DNA of 64,000 nt, taken from Eutreptiella sp. 'Long Island Sound 2002'. Lineage: Eukaryota > Protista > Euglenida. Shown here one piece after another: positions 26,301-39,500 of this stretch. The notes under the pieces were generated by a model that was not told the origin of the DNA, made no database searches, and saw nothing but the letters and a program-made list of their open reading frames with translations. The DNA lies in the NCBI GenBank assembly GCA_964036045.1, contig OZ038378.1, positions 125,922,001-125,986,000 on the forward strand. Direction: 5' to 3'. Each line of letters opens with the position of its first letter. Within the stretch, counting starts at the first letter, position 1. The translations under genes were made by a program, and so were the position numbers.

Positions 26301-28191
26301 GCATACAAAAAACCGCACCCAACACATACCTACACATGCCCCTCGACCGGGAGGTTTCGGTATCTCGGAGATCGAAACGAGATTCCAGTTGAAGTGCATC
26401 GCAATGTGGGTATCAGCACTGAACTGCCGGAATGCGCTCACCAAACAAGCATCCAGGTGTGTATGGTTCAGCGCTGACACCCTACGAGCATGGGACCCAA
26501 GGGTGATCCAAGAATGGCTTTGATACCACAAGCTCAGCATTGTTGTCAGTGACCTCGAACGAGATGCCTTGCAATGGACCGAACCACATGTCGACATCCA
26601 CAGAAAGAAGGCCAGAGCCACAATCTACATGATATCCGACATCCAAAGACATCATCGATGAAATTGAGGTGATTGGTTGGGCTGCAGTGATCAGTGACAA
26701 TGATGGAATCCTAGCACAAACATATCAAGCAATCGCCGAATCATCATGGGCAGCAGAATAGTGGGGCAAAGGAGATTGCATAGACGTGCTGGAATACATT
26801 GAATGGGAAGACTGTATCAGTGGGACAACGGTGGCTAAAAACGTGTCAGCAACATTTGGAGCGGACGGAGGACGCCCCTCCCGATGCGCATGGTTCGACA
26901 AGATTTGAGTGAAATATGCAGAGTTTGTATCATAGCAAGACGTCCCCAGGTCCTATATCCCAGCACAGCACGACACTGGAGACAGCCACTAGCTGGCAAG
27001 ATGGCAAAGCACCGCTAATGCGCTACCAAAAGCGTAGTGCATTCAGCCTGGAGAATGACGGCACCCTTGAGACGCCGCCTAGAAGGCATGGCACTACTTT
27101 TCAAATGAGGGACGTTAGTAGTGCACGTGACCAATGGGCTCGACCAATGTGCGATGGACCAGTGCATGCCCATTGCCGCCATGACAGCACGTATGGCAGG
27201 AACAACTTCAGGAATGGCAGCAGCCTTCTGGATCAGAACGGCAGCATGGTGACACGTATCCGACACTGACGAACTTCATTGCCCAATATGCAAGAAGGGA
27301 TGCAACGGCTGAGGACAACACCTTGCACAATCGTGTGTGTACACAACAATGGCATACATGATGGGTTTTGTAGCAATCGCTCAGAGCCTTCGCGACCAAG
27401 AATGGGAGGTACAGTGGACGTTATTGACCAGCCTACGTGTGCGCCGAAAAGAGGAAGCAGAGCTTTGGCAACTGCAACATGAACTTGACTTCCGCAAGAC
27501 CCATCAGATCCCAGAAGGCACAGTGATGGTATCGTGGTCAGGCCTACTGGCCAATGCGAGTCAAAAACTTGAGATCAAGAGGAAACTGACGGAAGCATAC
27601 CTCAACGCGATGGCAGACTTCATCACCCTCCCACTAGGAAGAAGACTACACGACTTCCTACAGATGCAACTCACAGGATGGACCGCAACCCGGAGATGGG
27701 GCACACTGGCCATCGGATTCGCAAGTCAACACTCAGCAGGAGGAAGATCAAAGAGAGAAACGGGCCCAGAAGCTCACCTCATAGTTCGCCCGAGTATCGA
27801 ATCGGCGCCGTTTAGACGAACAGGCATGATGGTAGCCACAGCCGCAGTACCAAAGGACCAATGGGACACAGAATCCGTGATCATCATGGACAAACCGCCA
27901 ACCACGCAGGAACATGACTTCCGGGTGATCCGCTTGGGAGACTCATAGGAACTGTGCATCGGATACAAGCCACAATGCATGTCAGCAGAGCTTCTTGAAG
28001 TCCTCAAACTCAGAATATTCGAGTGGCAAGACCGAAAAAACCATCCTGCAATTCCGCCGGAAAGGGATGATGAAAGTGATGATGAGGACTACATACCAGA
28101 GAATGAGGGAGAAGAGTCGGACGAAGTTGAAGAGGATGAAGACTTGGAGGACAGGAAGGAGGATATGGAATCGTCCAAAGAAGATGATTGA
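23386..28191 (+). mobile_element. Decayed non-LTR retrotransposon ORF2: APE (C-terminal part) - RT - RNase H - CCHC - acidic tail
   Basis: VAVVNIHIP, EDVNAD, PGPSTHYALL (APE); AKK..NSRPIL, CFGYRKQLS, LDWDEKNA.CDSV, GGPQGSSMG and YSDD at 25844-25855 (RT); PGGFG; GWAAVI..SSWAAE (RNase H-like, ~26680-26760); CPICKKGCNG*GQHLAQSC (~27275-27335); D/E-rich end. Multiple stops and frameshifts. Confidence 0.92.
24404..24903. mobile_element. ~500-bp non-coding insertion with (AACGCGGAT)n repeats, nested in the LINE
   Basis: Flanked by aagcgccatt (24394) and aagcgcccatt (24892). Removing it rejoins the LINE frame: STQAP|FCHLRRRQRK..DTPDFISEMWRL. Confidence 0.75.
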
Positions 28192-29225
28192 AGGGGTTCC
28201 ACATTCACCTCTCCTTCCTCACTCACATCACACTCCCACACCTGCGCACGCACACGCACGCATGCACGAATACCAACTCAGCGGCCCAACCCCAATCGCC
28301 TCCTGGGGATGTGAGGCAAAACAGTGGAATGCGGAACCGCATGACCCAACATGGGATGACCCGATTGAGAGCAGCACTAAGGTCGGCGTACAAAATCTCA
28401 AAGCCGCAATGCGCAAACAACAGGCGGCGGCGGCCATCCCAATACCACCCTCAAGGGGATATGAGGCACGGACCTAAGTCCGGACTCAACCCCCAACAAA
28501 ATCCAATGCCGTTGAGCGGAACCGCCAAGTGCCGCACCCGACGAGACCATCATGAAGAGACTGAGGCCTGAGCTCAGCATCAAGAAGCCGCCGCATCATC
28601 ACAGCATGCATGCACACAAACGCATGCGCACACACTTAGACAAAGATCAAATCCACGACACCGAAGGCCGGTGCACAAAGCACCGATGGATGAGGGTCAG
28701 GGGCATGAGCCATGGTGAGAAATGAACGAGGAAAAACTGATTGAGTCAGCACACATGCAAGCAGCATGGCACGCTTAAAAGCAAACTATGCCAACCGGCA
28801 GAAGGCGCATAGGACAGACAGGTGATGAAGACTAACCATCATAACCCGCACGGTGCTGCACATTGCACAATACACCGGACCGAAATGCCAGAAGAGTATA
28901 CTAAAAGCCCAGAATGGTGTGCCTAATGATGCCCAATGCCCACTGATGCCTCTCTTGCACAAACCTAGCTCAACCCACCACTGAACTCCTCACTCCCCCA
29001 GACGGGATCACAGTGACGACACCAACAATGGGGCAACACAAGGAGAAAACACAAGGGAAAAAGACCAACAAGGAAACGTACACGAGAAAAGAAGCAGCAG
29101 CGAAGAAGAAGAGAGAAGGTAGGAAACAACACCCACAGCATGGTAAAAATCAACCACCCAAAGCCGACAGAGAGCACCAAGAACGCAAGAACATAAGAGC
29201 AGGCACAGAAAGGGGAATGCCCAGG

Positions 29226-29925
29226 AACCCGCCGAGAGCGAGGCACGGGCCACCCACGAGCGGCGACACACAGCAATGGTCAAGGTATCACTCCTTCCTT
29301 AAAAACTTGGGTGCACAAGGGCCTGGGACCCTCGGCCTTGGGGAAGCAGTAAGTCAAGTCAAAAGCAATAGTGCTCTGCCGGGCCACGAGAGGCGGCACA
29401 AAGAGAGAAGGTCATAGACACTCCCTCCTCACCAACCAGGGGGCACGAGGGCGTGACACCCTCGACCCTGCGGAGGCAAAAGGACAGACATGTCCCAAAT
29501 GATGCAGTGTGTGCATTACTCGAAGTGCCCAACACGAGGTACATAAAGAACCACCGAAAATGCATGAATTTATGTTGCATGGATGGATTCACAGCAGCCA
29601 TGCCCCTCTGCTGTCGTGCCCCCATGCTCCCATGTCGCAGCCCCCCAACCGAAAAAAAATAAATAAAAGCGGATCAAGGTGATCAACACAACAACAACTA
29701 GCACCCCCCCCCCAACCACCGCACCCCCCCAGCCCCCCCCCCCCCCCCCTTTCCAGTGAATGCCAAAAAACCCGCTGAGAGCGGGATACAGGCCGACCAC
29801 AAGCGGCGATACACGGCAATGGTGCAAGTATCACTCCTTCCTTAACGACCAGGGTGCACGGGGGCGTAGGACTCTCGGCCCTGATGAAGCCGGCAGTCAA
29901 GTCAGAATCATTAGTGCTCTGCCGG
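29226..29925 (+). repeat. Pair of diverged 157-bp direct repeats (29226-29382 and 29769-29925)
   Basis: Gap-free similarity by eye; they translate as PPTSGDTQQWSRYHSFLKNLGA and PTTSGDTRQWCKYHSFLNDQGA. Probably fragments of one dispersed element family. Confidence 0.8.
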
Positions 29926-30010
29926 TTGCCCGCCCGCCACACCAAACTCCAAGAGTCTGGGCTGACACGGGTTATCATGGTGGGGCCCATACTGATACTG
30001 TTGATACAAA

Positions 30011-30145
30011 CATCCATCCATCCATCCATCCATCCATCCATACATACATACATACATACATACATACATACATACATACATACATACATACGTACATGCA
30101 TACATACATACATACATACATACATACATACATACATACATACAT
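30011..30145. repeat. Compound microsatellite (CATC)7(CATA)n
   Basis: Seen directly; followed by a short (CATAGT)n. Confidence 0.95.
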
Positions 30146-31763
30146 CATAGTCACAGTCATAGTCATAGTCGTAACCATTTATCATGCCGTTTACTGGAGT
30201 TACCTGGCAGCTCGCACCGAGTGGTGGTTCCTGCCTTGCTCTGTCACGTGGGTCCCAGGGGTGCCTAAGGCGGCCCAGAGCATGACGGCTACACAGAACA
30301 ACAAAGGATACACGCCAAACAGGCTTTGGGGGCAGTGGCATCTGCACAGCTTTAGCATTCACAACGGCGACGAGCGCTGGAGCGTTGAATTCACGGGGGT
30401 AGAGGGGCAAGGCATTGCAACGCAGCAGCATAGCAACAAGCAACAAGGAAGAGCTTAGCCTATGGGTGCACAGTAGCGACCAACAAACAAAGCAGCACGC
30501 ATGCAGCGAAGCAAGGAAATGCGCAATCTTTATATTCCCATGGCCAACGATCATATTGTGCTATCCCGCCAATACTGCACGTGCTATCACCGGTGAAATA
30601 ACCGCCGTGGTTTGTGGGGGTCTCCGGCCTTGCCTTGCCCACAGCCTTCATTGCCCCTATCACTGCACGACACGTCTCACCGAGACGTGGAGACTGTCAT
30701 GGGCAGTGCACATTTTTCCTCTATCTGATCGCCCGAAAACCTACCACAAATGCACTGCATAATCTTCTGTAGCTGCCAGATGATATCACTACACACCAGG
30801 TTGCATTCGGCCTCTTCTCGTTGATGAGAAGGTTCATTACCGCATTTGTAAGATTGTCTATGGGCAGTCACATGCACGGTAGAACTTAGGCAGCTTCATA
30901 GGCCGGATACCCCGCCCTGTACCCCATCTAGTACCCTTAATAGGTATGCCGCAAAGAGGTCCTCTGCTGTATCCTTCCTATTCTGGATGTTTTTGATTTG
31001 GCTCACAACTGTTTGCAAACAGTTGTTTCCCCTAGTGATGGGAATTAGGCCTTGACTACCACATGAGACGGTCGTGTACCCCTTCAAACGGATGCCCAGC
31101 AACAGAATGCTATCATTGAGGACATACCTGATAAAAAGAACATATTATTATGGGAAACTTGTTGCACGACCTACCTTGATCGCGCCTGCTGAAAATAAAG
31201 AGAGAAAAGTGGCATTGGGAGAGGATGACAAGCAACAAATCTCTACTTCAGTTATTGTGTTTAGCAAGCCTATGGTCCGAAAACCGGGCGACTAGCATAA
31301 ATAGGGTTAGAAGTTCACTTTTGATGATAGAAATGCGCCGCAGCAAACTTCTCCTTCAAAACATTAATCACAGCATTGCAAACCAACAAATACATACCAG
31401 ACTGAATAGAGATAACTTATTCTTAGCCTTGATGGCAGTAGTTTTGGCTTGATGCACACGCGAGTTGAATGGGCCCGGTGCCTTAGCACCACTCTTTCCG
31501 TCACACTGAGGACGTTTGCCCTTCGTGGTAGGAGAAACAGCAGGTTCTCACTTTTTTCTAGGTGTAGCCTGTTCAAGGCACCGGAACCCTGCACGTCATC
31601 ATCGGAATCATGGGGGTCGCCAGCATGCCCTGCTCCGCGGCCAACAACAAGTGTGTGAAACATCTCAACCTCACCACGCAACAACCCCTTGCACCAACCA
31701 TCCCATTCAATACATACATACATTGCATTCTATGAACTATAGCATGGTATGTAAAACACAGTT

Positions 31764-32192
31764 GTGGTAGGTTTACGATTTTTTAAGACTGTGTACTACT
31801 CTGCGTTCCATGTGCTGTTGCACATTCTCATTGATATCCTGGAAGATGTGGGTGAATCTGATGTGTATCCCCTACTAATTACTACGGTGGAACAGGGCAC
31901 ACCACTTATGTTTGCGGAACGGAGTGTGGGTGTTAAATTTGCAATGCAGCAGTTCAGAGACTTTGAGGCCACCAAAGGCTGGTGGTTTGTGATCGCAAGT
32001 ATGTACAACTTTGAAGGCTCCCATGTTGGGCACCGTTTCGCTGAGCACACTGGTGTCATTGCTGTACCCGACCGTCTGCCTGGTAAAGTACCCAGGTCTA
32101 AGTCCTACTCACATAAGACGTTGAATTGCAGCATACCCTTGTCAATGGTAGGTTGCGTACTTTGGGAACTTACAATTGTACCGCCTGCTTAG
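31764..32192 (+). other. Protein-like open frame of unknown identity (possible exon or relic)
   Basis: 142-codon ORF in non-repetitive DNA with globular-looking composition; no motif recognised. Confidence 0.3.
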
Positions 32193-33082
32193 GGACAAGA
32201 GATTTGGCTGTTGTGTGCTACGTAGTTGCCCGAGCCGCCTACCCTACTTGCAACCTGCTTGGAGTTGGAGGTAAACCTCACTGTTGCGTTCAATGGGACA
32301 TCAGGCCTGCCAAATGTGTATTGCTTGTCCGTGAGTAAGTGTCTAAAGGAGTTCATTGTGAGGGTAAAAGCACGCTACAGCGCGCCGGAATGCGAATTCG
32401 TCTTTTTTTGGTGCCCACCAAGGGGGCCATGTGCCTACAGGCAATGTGTTTCAATTTCTGTTAATTGACAGTACTGTTTGATGCACCATTTCGTTTGCGA
32501 CTCGTGTTTGATACTATTGGAAGGCTTGGCCCGTGGCAGCTCGCCGTTGTACCCAAAGGGAGGATGATGTCTTGAATTTTGTTTCCTCTCGTCCTTGTGT
32601 GACAGGTGTGCAGGAACTAAGTATTTCGAAAATGGCAAAACCATTGGTCAAAACGCAAAAAAAATGTTGCAAGTTGTGGGGGGAGGGGGTGAAAAATAGC
32701 GGGTTTGAATCCATTTTGAGGGGGGGGGGGGGTTCGTTTCTAAATGTTGTTTGTAAGTGCTCGCCAGCTATGGGTATAAAGTCTGGAGTCTGAAGTCTGA
32801 TTTGGCATCTCGTGTCAAGGACATAAAACAGAACACATCTCAGCGAAAGTCTGATAAAAGTGTGGTACCCGCCCCCTCCCTTCCTTCCTTCCTGTCAGAA
32901 AGGGACAAGAAAAAGTCTGGCACTCCCCCTCCCCAAACACAGCCACCCACCACAAAAAAAACCATCATGAAAATTGAAAGTTGGGAAGAATGGGAGTCCA
33001 TGCAACACAGGGGAACACCCCCCCCCAAAAGAAAAAGAAGGGTGGAAAATGGGGCATTGGGGAAAATGGGAGGCTGGGAAAA

Positions 33083-33270
33083 ATATTCCACTGAGGTGGT
33101 GTACCCCCCCCCCCTGTGGATTAATATTCCATTGCGGTGGTGTACCTCCCCCTCTAGATAAATATTCCACTGAAGTGGTGTACCCCCCCCCCCGCTGTGG
33201 ATAAATATTCCACTGAGGTGGTGTACACCCCCCCTCTGGATAGATATTCCACTGAGGTGGCGCACCCCCC
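33083..33270. repeat. ~40-bp tandem repeat x5 (atattccactgaggtggtgtac + poly-C)
   Basis: atattcca at 33083, 33124, 33162, 33205 and 33244. Confidence 0.88.
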
Positions 33271-33272
33271 TG

Positions 33273-33585
33273 CTATGCGCCAATTCCTATGGGGGTCTGG
33301 ACCCCCAAAATAATTGACACGACCCTATGCGTCAATTCCTATGGGGGTCTAGACCCCCAAAATAATTGACGTGACCTTATGTGTCAATTCCTAGGGGGGT
33401 CCAGACCCCCAAAATAATTGACGCGACCCTATGCGACAATTCCTACGGGGGTCTGGACGCCCAAAATAATTGACGCGACCCTATGCGTCAATTCCTAAGG
33501 GGGTCTAGACCCCCAAAATAATTGACGCGACCCTATGCGCCAATTTCTATGGGGGTCTAGACCCCCAAAATAATTGACGCGACCC
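33273..33585. repeat. 52-bp tandem repeat x6 with two hairpins per unit
   Basis: Period 52 (33273, 33325, 33377...). Contains the palindrome gggggtctagaccccc and the stem aattgacgc..gcgtcaatt. Confidence 0.95.
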
Positions 33586-36500
33586 AATTCACGGAGGGGT
33601 GAAATAATTCACGGAGGGGGGTAAACAATTCACGGAGGGGTCAAATAATTCACGGAGGGGGGTAAATAATTCACGGAGGGGTGAAATAATTCACGGAGGG
33701 GGGTAAATAATTCACGGAGGGGTAAAATAATTCACGGAGGGGGGTAAAAAATTCACGGAGGGGTGAAATAATTCACGGAGGGGGGTAAACAATTCACGGA
33801 GGGGTGAAATAATTCACGGAGGGGGGTAAATAATTCACGGAGGGGTAAAATAATTCACGGAGGGGGGTAAACAATTCACGGAGGGGTAAAATAATTCACG
33901 GAGGGGGGTAAACAATTCACGGAGGGGTAAAATAATTCACGGAGGGGGGTAAATAATTCACGGAGGGGTCAAATAATTCACGGAGGGTTAAAATAATTCA
34001 CGGAGGGGGGTAAACAATTCACGGAGGGGTGAAATAATTCACGGAGGGGGGTAAATAATTCACGGAGGGGTGAAATAATTCACGGAGGGGGGTAAATAAT
34101 TCACGGAGGGGTAAAATAATTCACGGAGGGGGGTAAACGATTCACGGAGGGGTAAAATAATTCACGGAGGGGGGTAAACAATTCACGGAGGGGTAAAAAA
34201 ATTCACGGAGGGGGGTAAACAATTCACGGAGGGGTAAAATAATTCACGGAGGGGGGTAAATAATTCACGGAGGGGTCAAATAAATCACGGAGGGGGGTAA
34301 ACAATTCACGGAGGGGTGAAATAATTCACGGAGGGGGGTAAACAATTCACGGAGGGGTGAAATAATTCACGGAGGGGGGTAAAAAATTCACGGAGGGGTG
34401 AAATAATTCACGGAGGGGGATAAATAATTCACGGAGGGGTGAAATAATTCACGGAGGGGGGTAAATAATTCACGGAGGGGTGAAATAATTCACGGAGGGG
34501 GGTAAACAATTCACGGAGGGGTGAAATAATTCACGGAGGGGGGTAAACAATTCACGGAGGGGTAAAATAATTCACGGAGGGGGGTAAATAATTCACGGAG
34601 GGGTGAAATAATTCACGGAGGGGGGTAAACAATTCACGGAGGGGTGAAATAATTCACGGAGGGGGGTAAACAATTCACGGAGGGGTGAAATGACTCACAG
34701 AGGGGGGTAAACAATTCACGGAGGGGTAAAATAATTCACGGAGGGGGGTAAATAATTCACGGAGGGGTGAAATAATTCACGGAGGGGGGTAAACAATTCA
34801 CGGAGGGGTAAAATAATTCACGGAGGGGGGTAAATAATTCACGGAGGGGTGAAATAATTCACGGAGGGGGATAAATAATTCACGGACGGGTGAAAGAATT
34901 CACGGAGGGGGATAAATAATTCACGGAGGGGGGTAAATAATTCACGGAGGGGTGAAATAATTCACGGAGGGGTCAAATAATTCACAGAGGGGGGTAAATA
35001 ATTCACGGAGGGGTAAAATATTTCACGGAGGGGGGTAAACAATTCACGGAGGGGTAAACTAATTCACGGAGGGGGGTAAACAATTCACGGAGGGGTAAAA
35101 TAATTCACGGAGGGGGATAAACAATTCACGGAGGGGTGAAATACTTCACGGAGGGGGATAAATAATTCACGGAGGGGTGAAATAATTCACGGAGGGGGGT
35201 AAACAATTCACGGAGGGGTGAAATAATTCACGGAGGGGGGTAAATAATTCACGGAGGGGTCAAAAAATTCACGGAGGGGGGTAAATAATTCACGGAGGGG
35301 TCAAATAATTCACGGAGGGGGGTAAATAATTCACGGAGGGGTAAAATAATTCACGGAGGGGGATAAATAATTCACGGAGGGGTAAAATAATTCACGGAGG
35401 GGGGTAAACAATTCACGGAGGGGTGAAATAATTCACGGAGGGGGGTAAACAATTCACGGAGGGGTGAAATAATTCACGGAGGGGGGTAAACAATTCACGG
35501 AGGGGTGAAATAATTCACGGAGGGGGGTAAACAATTCACGGAGGGGTGAAATAACTCACGGAGGGGGGTAAACAATTCACGGAGGGGTGAAATAATTCAC
35601 GGAGGGGGGTAAACAATTCACGGAGGGGTCAAATAATTCACGGAGGGGGGTAAATAATTCACGGAGGGGTAAAATAATTCCCGGAGGTGGGTAAATAATT
35701 CACGGAGGGGTAAAATAATTCACGGAGGGGGGTAAACAATTCACGGAGGGGTCAAATAATTCACGGAGGGGGGTAAATAATTCACGGAGGGGTGAAATAA
35801 TTCACGAAGGGGGATAAATAATTCACGGAGGGGTAAAATAATTCACCGAGGGGGGTAAATAATTCACGGAGGGTTAAAATAATTCACGGAGGGGGGTAAA
35901 TAATTCACGGAGGGGTAAAATAATTCACGGAGGGGGGTAAATAATTCACGGAGGGGTGAAATAATTCACGGAGGGGGGCCAAATAATTCACGGAGGGGTG
36001 AAATAATTCACGGAGGGGGGTAAATAATTCACGGAGGGGTAAAATAATTCACGGAGGGGGGTAAACAATTCACGGAGGGGTCAAATAATTCACGGAGGGG
36101 GATAAATAATTCACGGAGGGGTGAAATAATTCACGAAGGGGGGTAAATAATTCACGGAGGGGTGAAATGATTCACGGAGGGGGGTAAATAATTCACGGAG
36201 GGGTAAAATAATTCACGGAGGGGGGTAAATAATTCACGGAGGGGTAAAATAATTCACGGAGGGGGGTAAATAATTCACGGAGGGGTAAAATAATTCACGG
36301 AGGGGGGTAAACAATTCACGGAGGGGGGTATATAATTCACGGAGGGGGGTAAATAAATCACGGAGGGGTAAAATAATTCACGGAGGGGGGTAAACAATTC
36401 ACGGAGGGGTCAAATAATTCACGGAGGGGGGTAAATAATTCACGGAGGGGTAAAATAATTCACGGAGGGGGGTAAATAATTCACGGAGGGGTGAAATAAT

Positions 36501-39500
36501 TCACGGAGGGGGGTAAATAATTCACGGAGGGGTGAAATAATTCACGGAGGGGGATAAATAATTCACGGAGGGGTGAAAGAATTCACGGAGGGGGGTAAAA
36601 AATTCACGGATGGGTCGAATAATTCACGGAGGGGGGTAAATAATTCACGGAGGGGTAAAATAATTCACGGAGGGGGGTAAATAATTCACGGAGGGGTAAA
36701 ATAATTCACGGAGGGGGGTAAACAATTCACGGAGGGGTGAAATAATTCACGGAGGGGGGTAAACAATTCACGGAGGGGTAAAATAATTCACGGAGGGGGG
36801 TAAACAATTCACAGAGAGGTAAAATAATTCACGGAGGGGGGTAAACAATTCACGGAGGGGTGAAATAATTCACGGAGGGGGGTAAACAATTCACGGAGGG
36901 GTGAAATAATTCACGGAGGGGGGTAAACAATTCACGGAGGGGTCAAATAATTCACGGAGGGGGGTAAACAATTCACGGAGGGATGAAATAATTCACGGAG
37001 GGGGGTAAATAATTCACGGAGGGGTAAAATAATTCACGGAGGGGGGTAAACAATTCACGGAGGGGTCAAATAATTCACGGAGGGGGGTAAATAATTCACG
37101 GAGGGGTAAAATAATTCACGGAGGGGGGTAAATAATTCACGGAGGGGTAAAATAATTCACGGAGGGGGGTAAACAATTCACGGAGGGGTGAAATAATTCA
37201 CGGAGGGGGATAAATAATTCACGGAGGGGTGAAATAATTCACGAACGGGGGTAAATAATTCACGGAGGGGTGAAATAATTCACGGAGGGGGGTAAATAAT
37301 TCACGGAGGGGTAAAATAATTCACGGAGGGGTCAAATAATTCACGGAGGGGGGTAAATAATTCACGGAGGGGTGAAATAATTCACGGAGGGGGGTAAATA
37401 ATTCACGGAGGGGTGAAATAATTCACGGAGGGGGGTAAACAATTCACGGAGGGGTGAAATAATTCACGGAGGGGGGTAAACAATTCACGGAGGGGTGAAA
37501 TAAATCACGGAGGGGGGTAAACAATTCACGGAGGGGTAAAATAATTCACGGAGGGGGGTAAACAATTCACGGAGGGGTGAAATAATTCACGGAGGGGGGT
37601 AAACAATTCACGGAGGGGTCAAATAATTCACGGAGGGGGGTAAATAATTCACGGAGGGGTGAAATAATTCACGGGGGGGGTAAATAATTCACGGAGGGGT
37701 GAAACAATTCACGGAGGGGGGTAAACAATTCACGGAGGGGTGAAATAAATCACGGAGGGGGGTAAACAATTCACGGAGGGGTAAAATAATTCACGGAGGG
37801 GGGTAAACAATTCACGGAGGGGTGAAATAATTCACGGAGGGGGGTAAACAATTCACGGAGGGGTCAAATAATTCACGGAGGGGGGTAAACAATTCACGGA
37901 GGGGTAAAATAATTCACGGAGGGGGGTAAATAATTCACGGAGAGGTGAAATAATTCACGGAGGGGGGTAAACAATTCACGGAGGGGTCAAATAATTCACG
38001 GAGGGGGGTAAACAATTCACGGAGGGGTCAAATAATTCACGGAGGGGTGAAATAATTCACGGAGGGGGATAAATAATTCACGGAGGGGTGAAATAATTCA
38101 TGAAGGGGGGTAAATAATTCACGGAGGGGTAAAATAATTCACGGAGGGGGGTAAATAATTCACGGAGGGGTAAAATAATTCACGGAGGGGTCAAATAATT
38201 CACGGAGGGGGGTAAATAATTCACGGAGGGGTGAAATAATTCACGGAGGGGGGTAAATAATTCACGGAGGGGTGAAAAAATTCACGGAGGGGGGTAAATA
38301 ATTCACGGAGGGGTGAAATAATTCACGGAGGGGGGTAAACAATTCACGGAGGGGTGAAATAAATCACGGAGGGGGGTAAATAATTCACGGAGGGGTGAAA
38401 TAATTCACGGAGGGGGGTAAATAATTCACAGAGGGGTAAAATAATTCACGGAGGGGGGTAAACAATTCACGGAGGGGTAAAATAATTCACGGAGGGGGGT
38501 AAACAATTCACGGAGGGGTAAAATAATTCACGGAGGGGGGTAAATAATTCACGGAGGGGTCAAATAATTCACGGAGGGGGGTAAATAATTCACGGAGGGG
38601 TGAAATAATTCACGGAGGGGGGTAAATAATTCACGGAGGGGTAAAATAATTCACGGAGGGGGGTAAACAATTCACGGAGGGGTGAAATAATTCACGGAGG
38701 GGGATAAATAATTCACGGAGAGGTGAAATAATTCACGGAGGGGGGTAAAAAGTTCACGGAGGGGTCGAAAAATTCACGGAGGGGGGTAAATAATTCACGG
38801 AGGGGTAAAATAATTCACGGAGGGGGGTAAATAATTCACGGAGGGGTAAAAAAACTCACGGAGGGGGGTAAACAATTCACGGAGGGGTGAAATAATTCAC
38901 GGAGGGGGGTAAATAATTCACGGAGGGGTCAAATAATTCACGGAGGGGGGTAAACAATTCACGGAGGGGGGTAAACAATTCACGGAGGGGTAAAATAATT
39001 CACGGAGGGGGGTAAACAATTCACGGAGGGGTGAAACAATTCACGGAGGGGGATAAAGTATTCACGGAGGGGTCAAATAATTCACGGAGGGGGGTAAATA
39101 ATTCACGGAGGGGTGAAATAATTCACGAAGGGGGCTAAATAATTCACGGAGGGGTAAAATAATTCACGGAGGGGGGTAAACAATTCACGGAGGGGTGAAA
39201 TAATTCACGGAGGGGGATAAATAATTCACGGAGAGGTGAAATAATTCACGGAGGGGGGTAAAAAGTTCACGGAGGGGTCGAAAAATTCACGGAGGGGGGT
39301 AAATAATTCACGGAGGGGTAAAATAATTCACGGAGGGGGGTAAATAATTCACGGAGGGGTAAAAAAATTCACGGAGGGGGGTAAACAATTCACAGAGGGG
39401 TGAAATAATTCACGGAGGGGGGTAAATAATTCACGGAGGGGTCAAATAATTTACGGAGGGGGGTAAACAATTCACGGAGGGGGGTAAACAATTCACGGAG

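Noticed and set aside
29589-30554. Long ORFs with YVCM / HTYI repeats
   Set aside because: They are produced by the stop-free (CATA)n microsatellite.
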